Shown: positions 39,077-49,387, counted from the stretch's first letter. The stretch: DNA of 64,000 bases from Microgenomates group bacterium Gr01-1014_5 (GCA_007376395.1 VMGE01000002.1:13118-77117), one strand, 5' to 3'. Notes: generated from the sequence alone by a model not told the origin. A program made the numbers and translations.

Positions 39077-39688
39077 GTGATCCCTATAATTAAAACAATT
39101 CTCATTTCGTCAATTGTGGGCGCTCTTGTTGGCAGTAGCGCAACTATGTATTTTCAAAAAGATCAAACACCAACAAAAAACGACCTCATCAGGGAGTTTT
39201 ACGAAACCGAAAACGCAGTCCACGTCAGCCCCCACAGTTTACGCAAGAAAATGTCAAAAGGAGAAATTGATTACGTCTTGGTGGATTTAAGGAGTCAGCA
39301 AGAATACGAAAAAGAACGCATTGTCACGGCGGTAAATGTACCTGCATATAAAGACCCTGACACTTCGGCGTACGACGAAAAAGAACGCATTGTCGGACAA
39401 TTTAAAGAACTGATTAAAAATAATCCCGGCAAAGACATTATCGTGTATTGTTACAGCACCCCTTGCATGACCGGGAGAAAAATAGGGAAAATGCTAGTAG
39501 AACAGGGGGTCTATGTCCAGCATCTAGGCATTGGCTGGAATGAATGGCGTTATTTTTGGAACTTATGGAATCATGACGGCGAGGCGGTTTCAAAAGTTGA
39601 GGATTATGTTGTGAGCGGTAAAGAGCCTGGAACGCCAAAAGTTAAAGAATTACCTTCTCCTTGCAACGAGGGAGAGTTTGGTTGTTGA
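39077..39688 (+). CDS. Rhodanese-like domain protein
   Basis: LVDLRS..EY, IIVYC, GWNEW. Confidence 0.8.
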   Translation: MIPIIKTILISSIVGALVGSSATMYFQKDQTPTKNDLIREFYETENAVHVSPHSLRKKMSKGEIDYVLVDLRSQQEYEKERIVTAVNVPAYKDPDTSAYDEKERIVGQFKELIKNNPGKDIIVYCYSTPCMTGRKIGKMLVEQGVYVQHLGIGWNEWRYFWNLWNHDGEAVSKVEDYVVSGKEPGTPKVKELPSPCNEGEFGC

Positions 39689-39689
39689 G

Positions 39690-40241
39690 TTAAGCCGCGA
39701 GCCTTAAAGCAGAAGCCATTTCCGCAAGCTCAGCAATAACCTTGCGGACCGAGTGTAAACCGCTACCTGTAATATTTGACCTGCCAAAATCTATATCTCC
39801 AACCATAAGCGGTTTTCGAAGTTTACGGGGCCGTTTCAAAGCAATGTCTGCCCCAACTCCGGAAAAACGTTCTTCTGGTTCTGCTATATCAGGAGCAATA
39901 ATAGTTGCGGGAGAGGCAGACGTAAGTTCTAATTTCATAGCGTTACGCGTTTCGATCATCCTCCAGTTTTCATGACTTTCTCCTTGTTTTACGTCTATCC
40001 TGGTGTGGACAGGAAAGCCGGTATCAAATAGGTGAATTGAAACCTTTACCTCTAAACCTCGAAGATTTATTGTTCCATTCCACTCACCCTTTGGTCTATT
40101 AAATTTTCTTAGAGAAGTAATAAGGGATAAAGAAGGTAACTCGCCTGTAGGGAGAGTGTGTCGAGTTTCTATCTGGTGATCACCAGAATCCTCTGACATA
40201 TCTAACTCAAGGATACTCTGATCTATCAAATTGTCAATCAT
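39690..40241 (-). CDS. Hypothetical protein
   Basis: 183-aa ORF filling the intergenic space. Confidence 0.5.
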   Translation of the reverse strand: MIDNLIDQSILELDMSEDSGDHQIETRHTLPTGELPSLSLITSLRKFNRPKGEWNGTINLRGLEVKVSIHLFDTGFPVHTRIDVKQGESHENWRMIETRNAMKLELTSASPATIIAPDIAEPEERFSGVGADIALKRPRKLRKPLMVGDIDFGRSNITGSGLHSVRKVIAELAEMASALRLAA

Positions 40242-40278
40242 TTTGCATTCTTTGAAAATTAATGCTATACCATAAAAT

Positions 40279-40764
40279 ATGGATCTTCACCAAATTTCAG
40301 TTACAGCAATTATTTTTAAAGACGATAAATTTTTAATTACAAAGCGGGCTGCTCATAAAAAAGTCCATCCTAATAGGTGGACCGTTCCTGGAGGAAAGGT
40401 CACTGTAGACGACTATAAAAATCTTCCGCAAACCGTACCCAGTGCTTGGTATTACCCATTTGAAAATGCACTCAGCAGAGAAGTAAAAGAAGAGGTGGCG
40501 CTAGAAATAAAAAATATTCAATTTTTGATAGATATGACTTTATCTGCTGGCGATATACCCATGCTCGTTCTTAGTTATTATGCTGAATATGTTTCAGGCG
40601 ATGTAAAACACGATGAAGACACAGTCGACTCTGCTTGGGTGACTGTCGAAGAAGCAAAAAAATACGATTTAATCGAAGGAATTTACGAAGAAATTGTTAT
40701 GGTAGACAAAATCCTCAAAGGCGCAGATTCATCTTCCGTAAAGTTCGAGCCGAGAAAGTATTGA
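40279..40764 (+). CDS. NUDIX hydrolase
   Basis: WTVPGG...ALSREVKEEVAL. Confidence 0.88.
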   Translation: MDLHQISVTAIIFKDDKFLITKRAAHKKVHPNRWTVPGGKVTVDDYKNLPQTVPSAWYYPFENALSREVKEEVALEIKNIQFLIDMTLSAGDIPMLVLSYYAEYVSGDVKHDEDTVDSAWVTVEEAKKYDLIEGIYEEIVMVDKILKGADSSSVKFEPRKY

Positions 40765-40800
40765 AGTACTACAGAAATCCTTTCGTAACTTTGTACAACG

Positions 40801-40825
40801 ATATCACACTCCCGGTGTGTGATAT
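40801..40825. repeat. REP-like palindrome left of RAYT
   Basis: atatcacac-tcccggt-gtgtgatat. Confidence 0.85.
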
Positions 40826-40833
40826 TATTTATT

Positions 40834-41484
40834 ATGCCTCTAAGATCTACTCCTTTCGTAAACGGAAGTTACTATCATGTCTATAACCGCGGAGTTGAAA
40901 AAAGAAAGATATTTTCAAACAATAGAGACTACGAGCGTTTTTTAGAAACTCTTTATTACTATTCCCACGGCAATCCGAAACCAAAATTTTCTACTTTGAA
41001 GAGATTTAAACTAGTAGAGTTTGAAAAAAATCCTAAAATAATTGATATTGCTTGCTACTGTTTAATGCCTAACCATTTTCACTTACTGATAAAACAACAA
41101 ATTGACGGAGGAATTCAAACTTTTATGAGAAAAATATTAGATAGTTATACCCGGTACTACAATACAAAACATAGGCGAGTAGGTCATTTATTCCAAGGGA
41201 CATTCAAAGCTATGCATATTGAAACAGATGAACAGCTCTTGCATATATCGAGATATATACACATCAACCCTTATGTTTCAAGCTTAGTGAAAATTTTAGA
41301 AGACTTTGAATTCTCGTCATATCGACACTTTCTAGGCATTACAAATACTAATTTTTGCAATAAAGAGTTAATCCTTGAATCATTTGGAAACTCAGGCAAG
41401 TATAAAGAGTTTATAGACGATCACATTGATTACGCACAAACAATTGAACGTATAAAACATACTCTAATTGATCCAGAAGAATAA
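40834..41484 (+). mobile_element. REP-associated tyrosine (Y1 HUH) transposase, RAYT-like
   Basis: YHVYNRG, YCLMPNHFHLL, GHLFQG.F, RYIHINP, SSY. Confidence 0.9.
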
Positions 41485-41485
41485 T

Positions 41486-41516
41486 TTCATATCACACTCC
41501 GGGAGTGTGATATGAA
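41486..41516. repeat. REP-like palindrome right of RAYT
   Basis: ttcatatcacactccgggagtgtgatatgaa; inverted core differs from the left copy at 1 nt. Confidence 0.85.
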
Positions 41517-41736
41517 TGTTTATATATTAAAAATCATAAAGGTGGTAAATTTAAAATTCATCTACAAAAACTGGAAAGGTGAGACTGGGAAACGAGAAGT
41601 TGAGCCCATTAGGGTGTGGTTTGGAAAAACAGAGTTTCACCCGAAAGAACAATGGTTTTTAAAAGCAAAAGATGTTGCAAAAGGAGAAGAGCGTGACTTC
41701 GCACTACTTGATATTCAAAAGTTTGTAAAAGATTAA
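41512..41736 (+). CDS. Stand-alone WYL-domain protein
   Basis: FIYKNWKGE..KREVEP...WFLKA.D....ERDFAL..I. Confidence 0.75.
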   Translation: MNVYILKIIKVVNLKFIYKNWKGETGKREVEPIRVWFGKTEFHPKEQWFLKAKDVAKGEERDFALLDIQKFVKD

Positions 41737-42143
41737 CGTTTAGGACTTTGTTTCTTTCTTCTTGCCTTTCCGCCAGTTCCGATTTTCCTGCGCTCACGCT
41801 GACGCGGATCGCGTGTAAGAAGGCCTTTTTGTCTTAATAAAGTTTTGACATCAGCGTTCAGCAGTACTAATGTACGGGAGATTCCAAGACGCACAGCATC
41901 AACCTGTCCATGTTTACCTCCGCCAGCAACTTTAATTGTTGCCCAATATTTACCTACAGTATTAGTGACAGAAAACGGCTCATTCCAAACAACTTCCGGA
42001 GCAACTCCGGCAAAGTATGTCGCGATAGGAAATCCATTGACCAAGGTATCGCCACGGCCGGAATATAGCCGCACACGGGCAACAGCAGTTTTTCTGCGTC
42101 CTACTGCGAAGGTATAATCTTTCTTTTTAGATGTTTTAGCCAT
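41733..42143 (-). CDS. rpsI: 30S ribosomal protein S9
   Basis: GRRKTAVARV, GGGKHGQ, QSPKR. Confidence 0.97.
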   Translation of the reverse strand: MAKTSKKKDYTFAVGRRKTAVARVRLYSGRGDTLVNGFPIATYFAGVAPEVVWNEPFSVTNTVGKYWATIKVAGGGKHGQVDAVRLGISRTLVLLNADVKTLLRQKGLLTRDPRQRERRKIGTGGKARRKKQSPKR

Positions 42144-42228
42144 AAATAGTTAAGTAATCAGTATTCAGTAAACAGTAATCAATTAGTGAAATAGTTAATA
42201 GTAACTTTGTAAATGGTTAATTTCCTGG

Positions 42229-42657
42229 TTACTGTTTACTGGTTACTTTATCTTTATATGGATGATTTTCTTCTGCGTATACTTTTAGTCTTGCAAATCT
42301 CTGTTTTCTTAACCTGTTTTTGGGCAACATATTCCAAACTGCTTCTTCGATAATTTTTGCAGGCCGTGTTTGGCGCAGCACTTTTAGCGTTGTTGATTTT
42401 AATCCTCCCGGATAACCTGAGTGTCTCCAGTAAGTTTTTTGCTCTTCTTTTCTGCCTGTAACTTTTACCTGCGCCGCGTTTACCACTACCACAAAGTCTC
42501 CGCTATCAATATTGGCTGAATAAGTCTTTTTGTGCTTGCCGATTAAAAATCCAGCAATACCGGTTGACATGCGTCCCAACACAAGACCTTTAGCATCAAT
42601 TAAATGCCATCCTCTAACAATTTCTGCCGCCTTAGGTGAATATGTTGTATTGTTCAT
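42229..42657 (-). CDS. rplM: 50S ribosomal protein L13
   Basis: WHLIDA, LGR, HSGYPGG, MLPKN. Confidence 0.97.
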   Translation of the reverse strand: MNNTTYSPKAAEIVRGWHLIDAKGLVLGRMSTGIAGFLIGKHKKTYSANIDSGDFVVVVNAAQVKVTGRKEEQKTYWRHSGYPGGLKSTTLKVLRQTRPAKIIEEAVWNMLPKNRLRKQRFARLKVYAEENHPYKDKVTSKQ

Positions 42658-42691
42658 TTTGTTTGACAAAACAAGCTATTGCTTATGTTAA

Positions 42692-43189
42692 TTATTTTGC
42701 TAATTTTTGCGAACCTTTCTTGCTAATCTTTACAGTTTTCTTGGTTTCTGATGTTTCTTCAGTCTTCTCACTTTTTACTTTTAACTTTTTACTTTTTACT
42801 TCGACTGCGCTAGCAGTAGGCTTGCTTATCTTGTCCACCCATTCAAGTCTTGCCATTGGTGCTCTATCCCCAATTCTCGAACCCAACTTGACAATTCTGG
42901 TAAACCCAGAGGTTCTGCCCTTCACTTGGGAAACTCTCACAAAAAGCCCTTCGACCGCCTCTTTGTCTTGCCCGAGCCTGGCAAAAATCAGACGACGCGA
43001 CGCCGGAGAGCCTTCGCGTACTCTGGTGACAAGTTTATCAACAAAGGGCTTGAGCACTTTTGCATGCGCCTCGCTTATTTCGATAGCTCCGTGTGCTACC
43101 AAAGCCCTCACCAGCCCTCGAGCTAGTGCAAGCCTGACGCTCTCTTTGCTGTTTTTGCGAGCGCGACGCGACGCTTGACGTTTTGCCAT
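42692..43189 (-). CDS. rplQ: 50S ribosomal protein L17
   Basis: SGFTRIVKLG.R.GD.APMA; follows rpoA. Confidence 0.92.
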   Translation of the reverse strand: MAKRQASRRARKNSKESVRLALARGLVRALVAHGAIEISEAHAKVLKPFVDKLVTRVREGSPASRRLIFARLGQDKEAVEGLFVRVSQVKGRTSGFTRIVKLGSRIGDRAPMARLEWVDKISKPTASAVEVKSKKLKVKSEKTEETSETKKTVKISKKGSQKLAK

Positions 43190-43194
43190 CTAAA

Positions 43195-44112
43195 TTATCC
43201 CTCCCAAGAGATTCCTTTCTCCTTCAAAGCGGCCTCGATTACTTTAATAGACTTTTCGCCCATATTGCGAACTTTGGCGAGCTCTGCCTTGTCTGCAGAA
43301 AGAAGATCGGATACGTTTTCGTAGCCGTTCTTCGACAAAGCATTGGCAATTCTTGTAGGAAGCCCTAACTCCTCAATAGTAAGAGAGTTTGATTGGGAAC
43401 CTGCGATACTTTGAGTTGGTACAGGTGCAGCAGCCGTAGATGGAGAAACTACCTGTCCAAAATAGCCAATTATAATCTCTGCTGCTTTTTTCAAGCTATC
43501 CGCAGAATTAATTGTGCCATCTGTCCAGATCTCCATCGTGAGTTTGTCGTAATTGGTCAGACGACCGACTCGAGTTTCTTCCACTTTATAATTGACTCTC
43601 TTAACTGGAGAAAAATCAGCGTCCAGCGGAATAAGGCCAACTTTATTTGTCTTTCTATCTTCTGCTGGAGAATATCCGCTACCGGTTTCAACCTGCATAT
43701 CGATATCTAGTTTTGTTTGGCTTGTTGCTAAATGAGCAAGAACTAAGTCCGGGTTAGTAATTTTTACCTGTGCAGGTGTTTTAATTTGAGAAGCGGTAAC
43801 TTCTCCGGGACCTTTGGCTGAGAGTTCGAGTTTCACCGGCTTGTCGCCAGAATAGGCTACTCTTAATTTTTTAAGATTTAGGAGCAGGTCTACGCCATCT
43901 TCTTGTACGCCTTTTACCGTACCAAATTGGTGTTTTAGACCCGAGATCGTAACTTGAGTCACAGCAGCTCCAGGAAGGCTTGATAAAAGCACGCGCCGGA
44001 TAGCTGAACCCAAGGTCTGACCATACCCCTGAGCTAACGGCTCAATAGAGAAACGGCCGTAACCATCTTTGGCTTCTTCTTGTTTTATATGGAATGTTTG
44101 CTGTTGATCCAA
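43195..44112 (-). CDS. rpoA: RNA polymerase alpha subunit
   Basis: EPLAQGYGQTLG, DADFSPV, alpha-CTD; TTG start with GGAGGTG RBS. Confidence 0.97.
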   Translation of the reverse strand: MDQQQTFHIKQEEAKDGYGRFSIEPLAQGYGQTLGSAIRRVLLSSLPGAAVTQVTISGLKHQFGTVKGVQEDGVDLLLNLKKLRVAYSGDKPVKLELSAKGPGEVTASQIKTPAQVKITNPDLVLAHLATSQTKLDIDMQVETGSGYSPAEDRKTNKVGLIPLDADFSPVKRVNYKVEETRVGRLTNYDKLTMEIWTDGTINSADSLKKAAEIIIGYFGQVVSPSTAAAPVPTQSIAGSQSNSLTIEELGLPTRIANALSKNGYENVSDLLSADKAELAKVRNMGEKSIKVIEAALKEKGISWEG

Positions 44113-44131
44113 GTTAATCACCTCCTTTAAA

Positions 44132-44728
44132 CTATCTACTGTAATATTCAACTATATCTTGTTCGGAAATAGGCTCAGTAATCTCATTTCGCTTGGGATA
44201 ACTCTTCATTCTGCCAACTGCCGCTTTGCGCTCTAACCAGCCAGCTACCTCGGGTGTTTCAATATCTAACAATTTCTTAATCTCGGGAATATTTTGTGCT
44301 TTTATATCTAAGGCAACGGTCTGTCCTTCGCTAATAAGATAGGAGGGGATATTTACCTTCTTTCCATCAACGAGTACGTGGGCATGAGAAACTAATTGAC
44401 GGGCTGATGTGCGGGTAGGCGCAAACCCAAGTCTGTAGATCGTGTTATCAAGTCGACGTTCAAGAAGTTGAATTAACACTTCTCCTGTGTTGGCTCGAGA
44501 TTTTTGTGCTTGAGTTACATACTTTGCAAACTGCTTCTCTGACAACCCATACATTCTCTTTACTTTTTGCTTTTCCCGCAGTTGACGTCCGTATTCAGAC
44601 ATCTTTCTTGTTCCTTTTTGGCCATGCATTCCCGGGGGGACATTAAGCCTGCGCAGACGGTTACCCTTACCAAATAGGTCTACACCTTCTCTTCTTGATA
44701 ATCTGTTTTTAGGTCCTGTATATCTCAT
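44132..44728 (-). CDS. rpsD: 30S ribosomal protein S4
   Basis: RYTGP, QLREKQK, LERRLDN. Confidence 0.97.
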   Translation of the reverse strand: MRYTGPKNRLSRREGVDLFGKGNRLRRLNVPPGMHGQKGTRKMSEYGRQLREKQKVKRMYGLSEKQFAKYVTQAQKSRANTGEVLIQLLERRLDNTIYRLGFAPTRTSARQLVSHAHVLVDGKKVNIPSYLISEGQTVALDIKAQNIPEIKKLLDIETPEVAGWLERKAAVGRMKSYPKRNEITEPISEQDIVEYYSR

Positions 44729-44749
44729 AATTTTAAATTTGAAATTGTT

Positions 44750-45136
44750 CTATCCTCTCCTTTTTTTCTTTGCCCGCGGCCCGTTAAAAGGCATGGGCGT
44801 AACATCAGCAATCAATTCCATCTTTAGCCCAGCAGCTCGGATTGCGCGCAATGCCGCGTCTCTCCCTGGTCCTGGACCTTTGATGTAGACATTGATATTT
44901 TTCATTCCATGTTCATCACGTACTTTTTTGACCACAGTTTCGACTGCAGTTGTTGCCGCAAACGGGGTTGATTTTCTCGTTCCCTTAAAACCAGCACGCC
45001 CCGATGACCCCCAAGCAAGAGTATTGCCCGCTTCGTCTGTAACTGTAACAAGCGTGTTATTAAAAGTGGCATTAATAAAAACTTTGCCGTTTTCGGTTTG
45101 TACAATCCGCTTTTTGCTTTGCTTTTTGACTACCAT
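44750..45136 (-). CDS. rpsK: 30S ribosomal protein S11
   Basis: FNNT, RKSTPFAA, GPGPGR. Confidence 0.97.
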   Translation of the reverse strand: MVVKKQSKKRIVQTENGKVFINATFNNTLVTVTDEAGNTLAWGSSGRAGFKGTRKSTPFAATTAVETVVKKVRDEHGMKNINVYIKGPGPGRDAALRAIRAAGLKMELIADVTPMPFNGPRAKKKRRG

Positions 45137-45148
45137 ATTAATTTGAAA

Positions 45149-45553
45149 TTATTTCTTTGCCGCCGCTTGAGTTTGCTTGCTTAATGCTTCTTTCTTGAAT
45201 GCTCCAACGGTTTTTCTCTTTCCGCGTTTAGTACGGGCATTGCTTCTGGTTCTTTGGCCACGAGCAGGCAATCCGCGGTTGTGGCGCACGCCCCGATATG
45301 AACTGATATCTTTTAGACGTTGAATTTCCTGACGAATTGATCTGCGCAAATCACCTTCAATGGTGTATCCTTCAACGGTTTTGGTTAGTTTGGAGAATTC
45401 TTCTTCTGTGAGGTCACGGGTTTTCTTTGCCGGATTAACATCAGCTTTGTTAAGTATGGCCTTGGACAACGCCCAACCGACTCCATAAAGAAGCGTTAGA
45501 GAATAATCTATTCTTTGGTTGTCTGGTAAATCAATTCCTGCTAAGCGTGCCAT
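45149..45553 (-). CDS. rpsM: 30S ribosomal protein S13
   Basis: MARLAG, GLPARGQRT.SNARTK. Confidence 0.97.
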   Translation of the reverse strand: MARLAGIDLPDNQRIDYSLTLLYGVGWALSKAILNKADVNPAKKTRDLTEEEFSKLTKTVEGYTIEGDLRRSIRQEIQRLKDISSYRGVRHNRGLPARGQRTRSNARTKRGKRKTVGAFKKEALSKQTQAAAKK

Positions 45554-45619
45554 AATAATTCAGTTTGCCAGGTTTCAGGTTACCAGATTAACTGATTACC
45601 CGGTACCCGATTACCCGAG

Positions 45620-45733
45620 CTAGCCCTGGCGCTGTTTGTGTTTTGGGTTGATGCAAGTTACGTACAAAACACCACGGCGTTTGACGTGTTGGCAGTTTTT
45701 ACAAATTTTTTTAACTGATGCGTTAACTTTCAT
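45620..45733 (-). CDS. rpmJ: 50S ribosomal protein L36
   Basis: Manual translation [37 protein letters not shown]; not in the ORF track. Confidence 0.96.
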   Translation of the reverse strand: MKVNASVKKICKNCQHVKRRGVLYVTCINPKHKQRQG

Positions 45734-45837
45734 ACAAATTTCTAATTATTCTAATTGCTCTAATTTCTAACAAATTCCCAATTTCCAAATGTCTCAAACT
45801 TTTAGATTAATTAGTTCAATTAGAAATTAGGTTAATT

Positions 45838-46056
45838 CTATCTTCCCCTCCACACAATACGACCTCTTTCTTGGTCATATGGGGTCATCTCAACCCGAAC
45901 TTCATCCCCTGGCAAGATACGTATAAAACTACGGCGCATCTTTCCCGCTATCGTCGCCAAGACACTCCTACCGTCCTCTAGTTTTATTCTAAAGGTGGTG
46001 TTTGGCAAAGCTTCCAAGACTACGCCAGAAAACTCTTGATTTTGGTCTTGCTGCAT
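45838..46056 (-). CDS. infA: Translation initiation factor IF-1
   Basis: EALPN, GKMR, IRILPGD, PYD. Confidence 0.97.
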   Translation of the reverse strand: MQQDQNQEFSGVVLEALPNTTFRIKLEDGRSVLATIAGKMRRSFIRILPGDEVRVEMTPYDQERGRIVWRGR

Positions 46057-46067
46057 ACAAAGCGACG

Positions 46068-46100
46068 AAAAAAACCCACCCAGCTAAGCTGGGCTGGTGG
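46068..46100 (-). terminator. Probable terminator after map
   Basis: GC-rich hairpin followed by a T-run on the minus strand. Confidence 0.55.
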
Positions 46101-46102
46101 TA

Positions 46103-46852
46103 TTAGGCAGTAAGTACTAGAGGACCATTGGCAGTAATTGCTACAGTCTCCTCAAAGTATCCAGCTATTTTACCATCTTTGGTTGATATTGTCCAATTAT
46201 CTTGAGAGGAGAGGACAAGCTCAGGTGAGCCTAGTGTATAGATGGCTTCGATTGCCAAAACCATCCCTTCTGCCAAAAGCTCCCCATGCCCCCTTCCAAC
46301 CCATAAACAAGGCACAGGAGGGTCCTCGTGGAGTTCACGGCCTATACCATGCCCTGTGAGCGATCGGGTAGGAGAATAACCGGCGCCTTCCAAAACTCTT
46401 TGCATGCTGTGCGAGATATCAAACATTCTGTTCCCGGGTTTAGCTTGGACAATCGCTTTATTCAAGGCTTCTTTGCCTATTTCTAAGAACTTTCTCTTGT
46501 CAGAGTCAATTTTCCCTAAAGGACAGGTAAACGCAGTGTCTGTATGTAATCCTTGATAAAAAAGGCCGAGGTCGACTTTTACTAAATCTCCCTCTTTAAA
46601 AGGGATTTGTGACGGAACGCCATGAACTACGCCGTCGTTAATATTAATACAGGTTGCCCAGCGGTAGCCCTCAACCATCTTAAAAGAAGGTTGTCCGCCG
46701 GCTTTTTCTATCAATTCCTCGGCTTTGCGGTCTATATCGCACGGAATCACTCCTGGAGCAAGCATCTCTCTTATTGCCGCTTTTACTTGACCAAGCCTCT
46801 TCCCCCCTTCGTGCATTATTTTTATTTCCTGAGGTGTTTTAAGGTGAATCAT
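46103..46852 (-). CDS. map: Type I methionine aminopeptidase
   Basis: VVHGVP, HTDTA, GHGIG, HEDP, AIE. Confidence 0.95.
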   Translation of the reverse strand: MIHLKTPQEIKIMHEGGKRLGQVKAAIREMLAPGVIPCDIDRKAEELIEKAGGQPSFKMVEGYRWATCININDGVVHGVPSQIPFKEGDLVKVDLGLFYQGLHTDTAFTCPLGKIDSDKRKFLEIGKEALNKAIVQAKPGNRMFDISHSMQRVLEGAGYSPTRSLTGHGIGRELHEDPPVPCLWVGRGHGELLAEGMVLAIEAIYTLGSPELVLSSQDNWTISTKDGKIAGYFEETVAITANGPLVLTA

Positions 46853-47379
46853 TAGACTATGCGTAATTGAATATCGGCAGAAATTGCGTCTACATCCCTT
46901 TCTCCGTCAACTTCCACGAGAATTCCCTTTTGCCTGTAATAATCCAAAACAGGTTCTGTTTCTTGATGATAAATCTCGATTCTTTTTTTAACGATCTCGG
47001 GCGTATCGTCACCCCTGCCTCGGGCAAGCAATCTTTTTTCCACTTCCTGATCTGACACTTTAAGGTAAATAACTTTATCCAAATGAAGTGGAAACATTTC
47101 TGCCTCTTCTGTATTGCGGGGGAAACCGTCAATAATAGTTCCTGAGGCGTGCTCACTTTGTTTTAAATGATCCTCAACAAGGCGAAGGACTGTCTGGTGA
47201 TCGACCAATTCTCCTTTTTCCATTTTCTCTTTAATCGCACGGGCTTCCGGGTCGTCTGACTGAGAAGCGTAGTACAAAAGATCGCCGACAGAGAGATGGG
47301 GTAGCCCCAAATGTTGAGCCAGAAGCTCAGCCTGAGTAGACTTACCAGAACCGACAGGACCGAGAATGAGTATGTTCAT
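46852..47379 (-). CDS. adk: Adenylate kinase (short LID)
   Basis: GPVGSGKSTQ, DGFPR, RGRGDD. Confidence 0.95.
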   Translation of the reverse strand: MNILILGPVGSGKSTQAELLAQHLGLPHLSVGDLLYYASQSDDPEARAIKEKMEKGELVDHQTVLRLVEDHLKQSEHASGTIIDGFPRNTEEAEMFPLHLDKVIYLKVSDQEVEKRLLARGRGDDTPEIVKKRIEIYHQETEPVLDYYRQKGILVEVDGERDVDAISADIQLRIV

Positions 47380-47381
47380 CT

Positions 47382-48095
47382 TTAGCTTACCTCCATATCG
47401 TTTATAACATCGTATTCAAGAAGGACATAATTATTTTCGAGTTGTTGACAATTGGTAAGCTTTAAAGCCTTAACATGGATTAAATCGTCCTCCGTGTGTA
47501 AAGATTCACCGTCTATAAGTGACGGTGTATTTTTGCCACCCACCAAACAAGGGGCGACCACAATCTTAACTTTGTCTATTAATTTCTTTCTTAACAAAAC
47601 AGAATTTAAAGTGCCGCCTGTTTGGATTGTAACTTTGTCAATCCTATAATCCTCTTTAAGTCTTCTAAAGACATCAACAAAATCTATCTCTCCCTCATAA
47701 TAAAGAATTTCTATATTGCCATACTGGTCTTTAAGCTCAAAAGCCGGGTGTGCTTTGTTGGTTGTTACCAGATAAAAAACTTTTGCTCTTTTGGCGAAAT
47801 ATTCGCAGCCGCTTTTTTTTAAATGGGGCTTGTTGTCTACCACCACAAAACTCACATCATCATTGTGATCTTTATCCCAGCTTCTTTGGTTTACTCCGAC
47901 CTTAGCTTGAACTTTCCCGGTGTTAAAGGAAACTAAATCTGTTTGTTTTTCCAGATCGTAATACTGGTGAAGACCTTCCTTAACACCAACGATATCTGTA
48001 AAATCTTTGTCTACATCTAATTCATCTGTGTCGCCGGTTGAAATCTTTCCGTCCAAAGATTCAATCAAGAATAGTGTGGTTAGAGGTTTGCTCAT
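47382..48095 (-). CDS. RibD C-terminal/DHFR-like reductase
   Basis: SLDGKI, TGGTLN, IDKVKIVVAP..VGG. Confidence 0.8.
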   Translation of the reverse strand: MSKPLTTLFLIESLDGKISTGDTDELDVDKDFTDIVGVKEGLHQYYDLEKQTDLVSFNTGKVQAKVGVNQRSWDKDHNDDVSFVVVDNKPHLKKSGCEYFAKRAKVFYLVTTNKAHPAFELKDQYGNIEILYYEGEIDFVDVFRRLKEDYRIDKVTIQTGGTLNSVLLRKKLIDKVKIVVAPCLVGGKNTPSLIDGESLHTEDDLIHVKALKLTNCQQLENNYVLLEYDVINDMEVS

Positions 48096-49375
48096 CACTT
48101 GATAAATTTATCGTAATTGCGGGTTACCAGTTGAGCTTCAACTTTTTTAACAGTTTCCATAACAACAGAAACCACAATTAAAATCCCAGTTCCGCCAAGC
48201 TGTAAAGTTGTCGTGTCGGTAAATTTCTGGGCGACTGAAGGTAAAACAGCAATCGATCCTAAGAAAATAGCTCCCGGAAGGGTAATTCTGGTTAAAATGT
48301 AATTAAGGTAACTTGCTGTTGGTCCCCCGGGGCGAATTCCAGGAACAAACCCACCGTACTTTTTGATCTCGTCGGAAATTTTTGTCGGGTTAAAAATTAC
48401 GGCCGTATAAAAATAAGTAAATCCAAGCACTAAAGCAAAATAGATAGCCATATAAAAATAAGAGTCCGGGGCAAAAAGTGTTGATAAATTTTGTCCCATA
48501 CGCGCGAGAACCGGATTAGACGCATTAGCCATAAACTGGCCTATCATTGAAGGAGCAAGCACCAAGGAAACAGCAAAGATAATAGGAATAACTCCTGCCT
48601 GATTGATCCTTAAAGGTAAATGGGTAGATTGGGCAACCGAACCCCCGCGGGAAGCAGAACGGGCGTATTGCACCGGTACTCGCCGGGTAGCCTCATTCAT
48701 TACCACAACCCCGATAATTACCAATACTGCCATAACCAAGAAAGATATGACCGGAAAAATATCTTCCTGCGCTGTCGAAAAGATGGTCTGCCCAAGCACC
48801 ACAGGCAGTCTTCCCACAATTCCCGCAAAGATCAAAAGTGAGATGCCGTTACCGATACCGTGCTCGGTAATAAGTTCTCCCAGCCACATAGCAAGAACGG
48901 TTCCGGCTGTCATGGTGACTATTAAACCTAATATCAATTCAGGCGATAAAGTCGCCACAATTCCCTGACTGCGCAAAAGAATATACATCCCAACAGCCTG
49001 CATGACAGCTAAAGGAACTGTTAAAAATCTTGTGTATTGATTGATCTTTGCCCTGCCCATCTCCCCTTCCTTAGAAAGTTCCTCAAGTTTCGGAAAAATT
49101 AGGGTCATCAGCTGCATAATAATCGAAGCATTAATGTAAGGGTTTAAGCCAAGAGCAAGAATAGAGAAGTTGGCCAAAGTTCCGCCTGAAAATATATCAA
49201 GAAGGGATAAAAAGGGTGAGCGGGCAAAGAGGTCTGCCAAAGCTTTTTGGTCTATACCAGAAGCCGGGATGTGAGCAACCAAGCGGAAAACAGCCAAGAT
49301 TACGGCAGTAAATATAATCTTCTTCCGAATAGAACCAACCTGCCAAGCAAGAGTGAGGCTTTTTAATAATTCCAT
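48095..49375 (-). CDS. secY: Preprotein translocase SecY
   Basis: FSILALG..PYINASI, GIGNGIS, AGVIPIIFA, PGIRPG. Confidence 0.98.
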   Translation of the reverse strand: MELLKSLTLAWQVGSIRKKIIFTAVILAVFRLVAHIPASGIDQKALADLFARSPFLSLLDIFSGGTLANFSILALGLNPYINASIIMQLMTLIFPKLEELSKEGEMGRAKINQYTRFLTVPLAVMQAVGMYILLRSQGIVATLSPELILGLIVTMTAGTVLAMWLGELITEHGIGNGISLLIFAGIVGRLPVVLGQTIFSTAQEDIFPVISFLVMAVLVIIGVVVMNEATRRVPVQYARSASRGGSVAQSTHLPLRINQAGVIPIIFAVSLVLAPSMIGQFMANASNPVLARMGQNLSTLFAPDSYFYMAIYFALVLGFTYFYTAVIFNPTKISDEIKKYGGFVPGIRPGGPTASYLNYILTRITLPGAIFLGSIAVLPSVAQKFTDTTTLQLGGTGILIVVSVVMETVKKVEAQLVTRNYDKFIK

Positions 49376-49387
49376 TTACTTTGTGTT

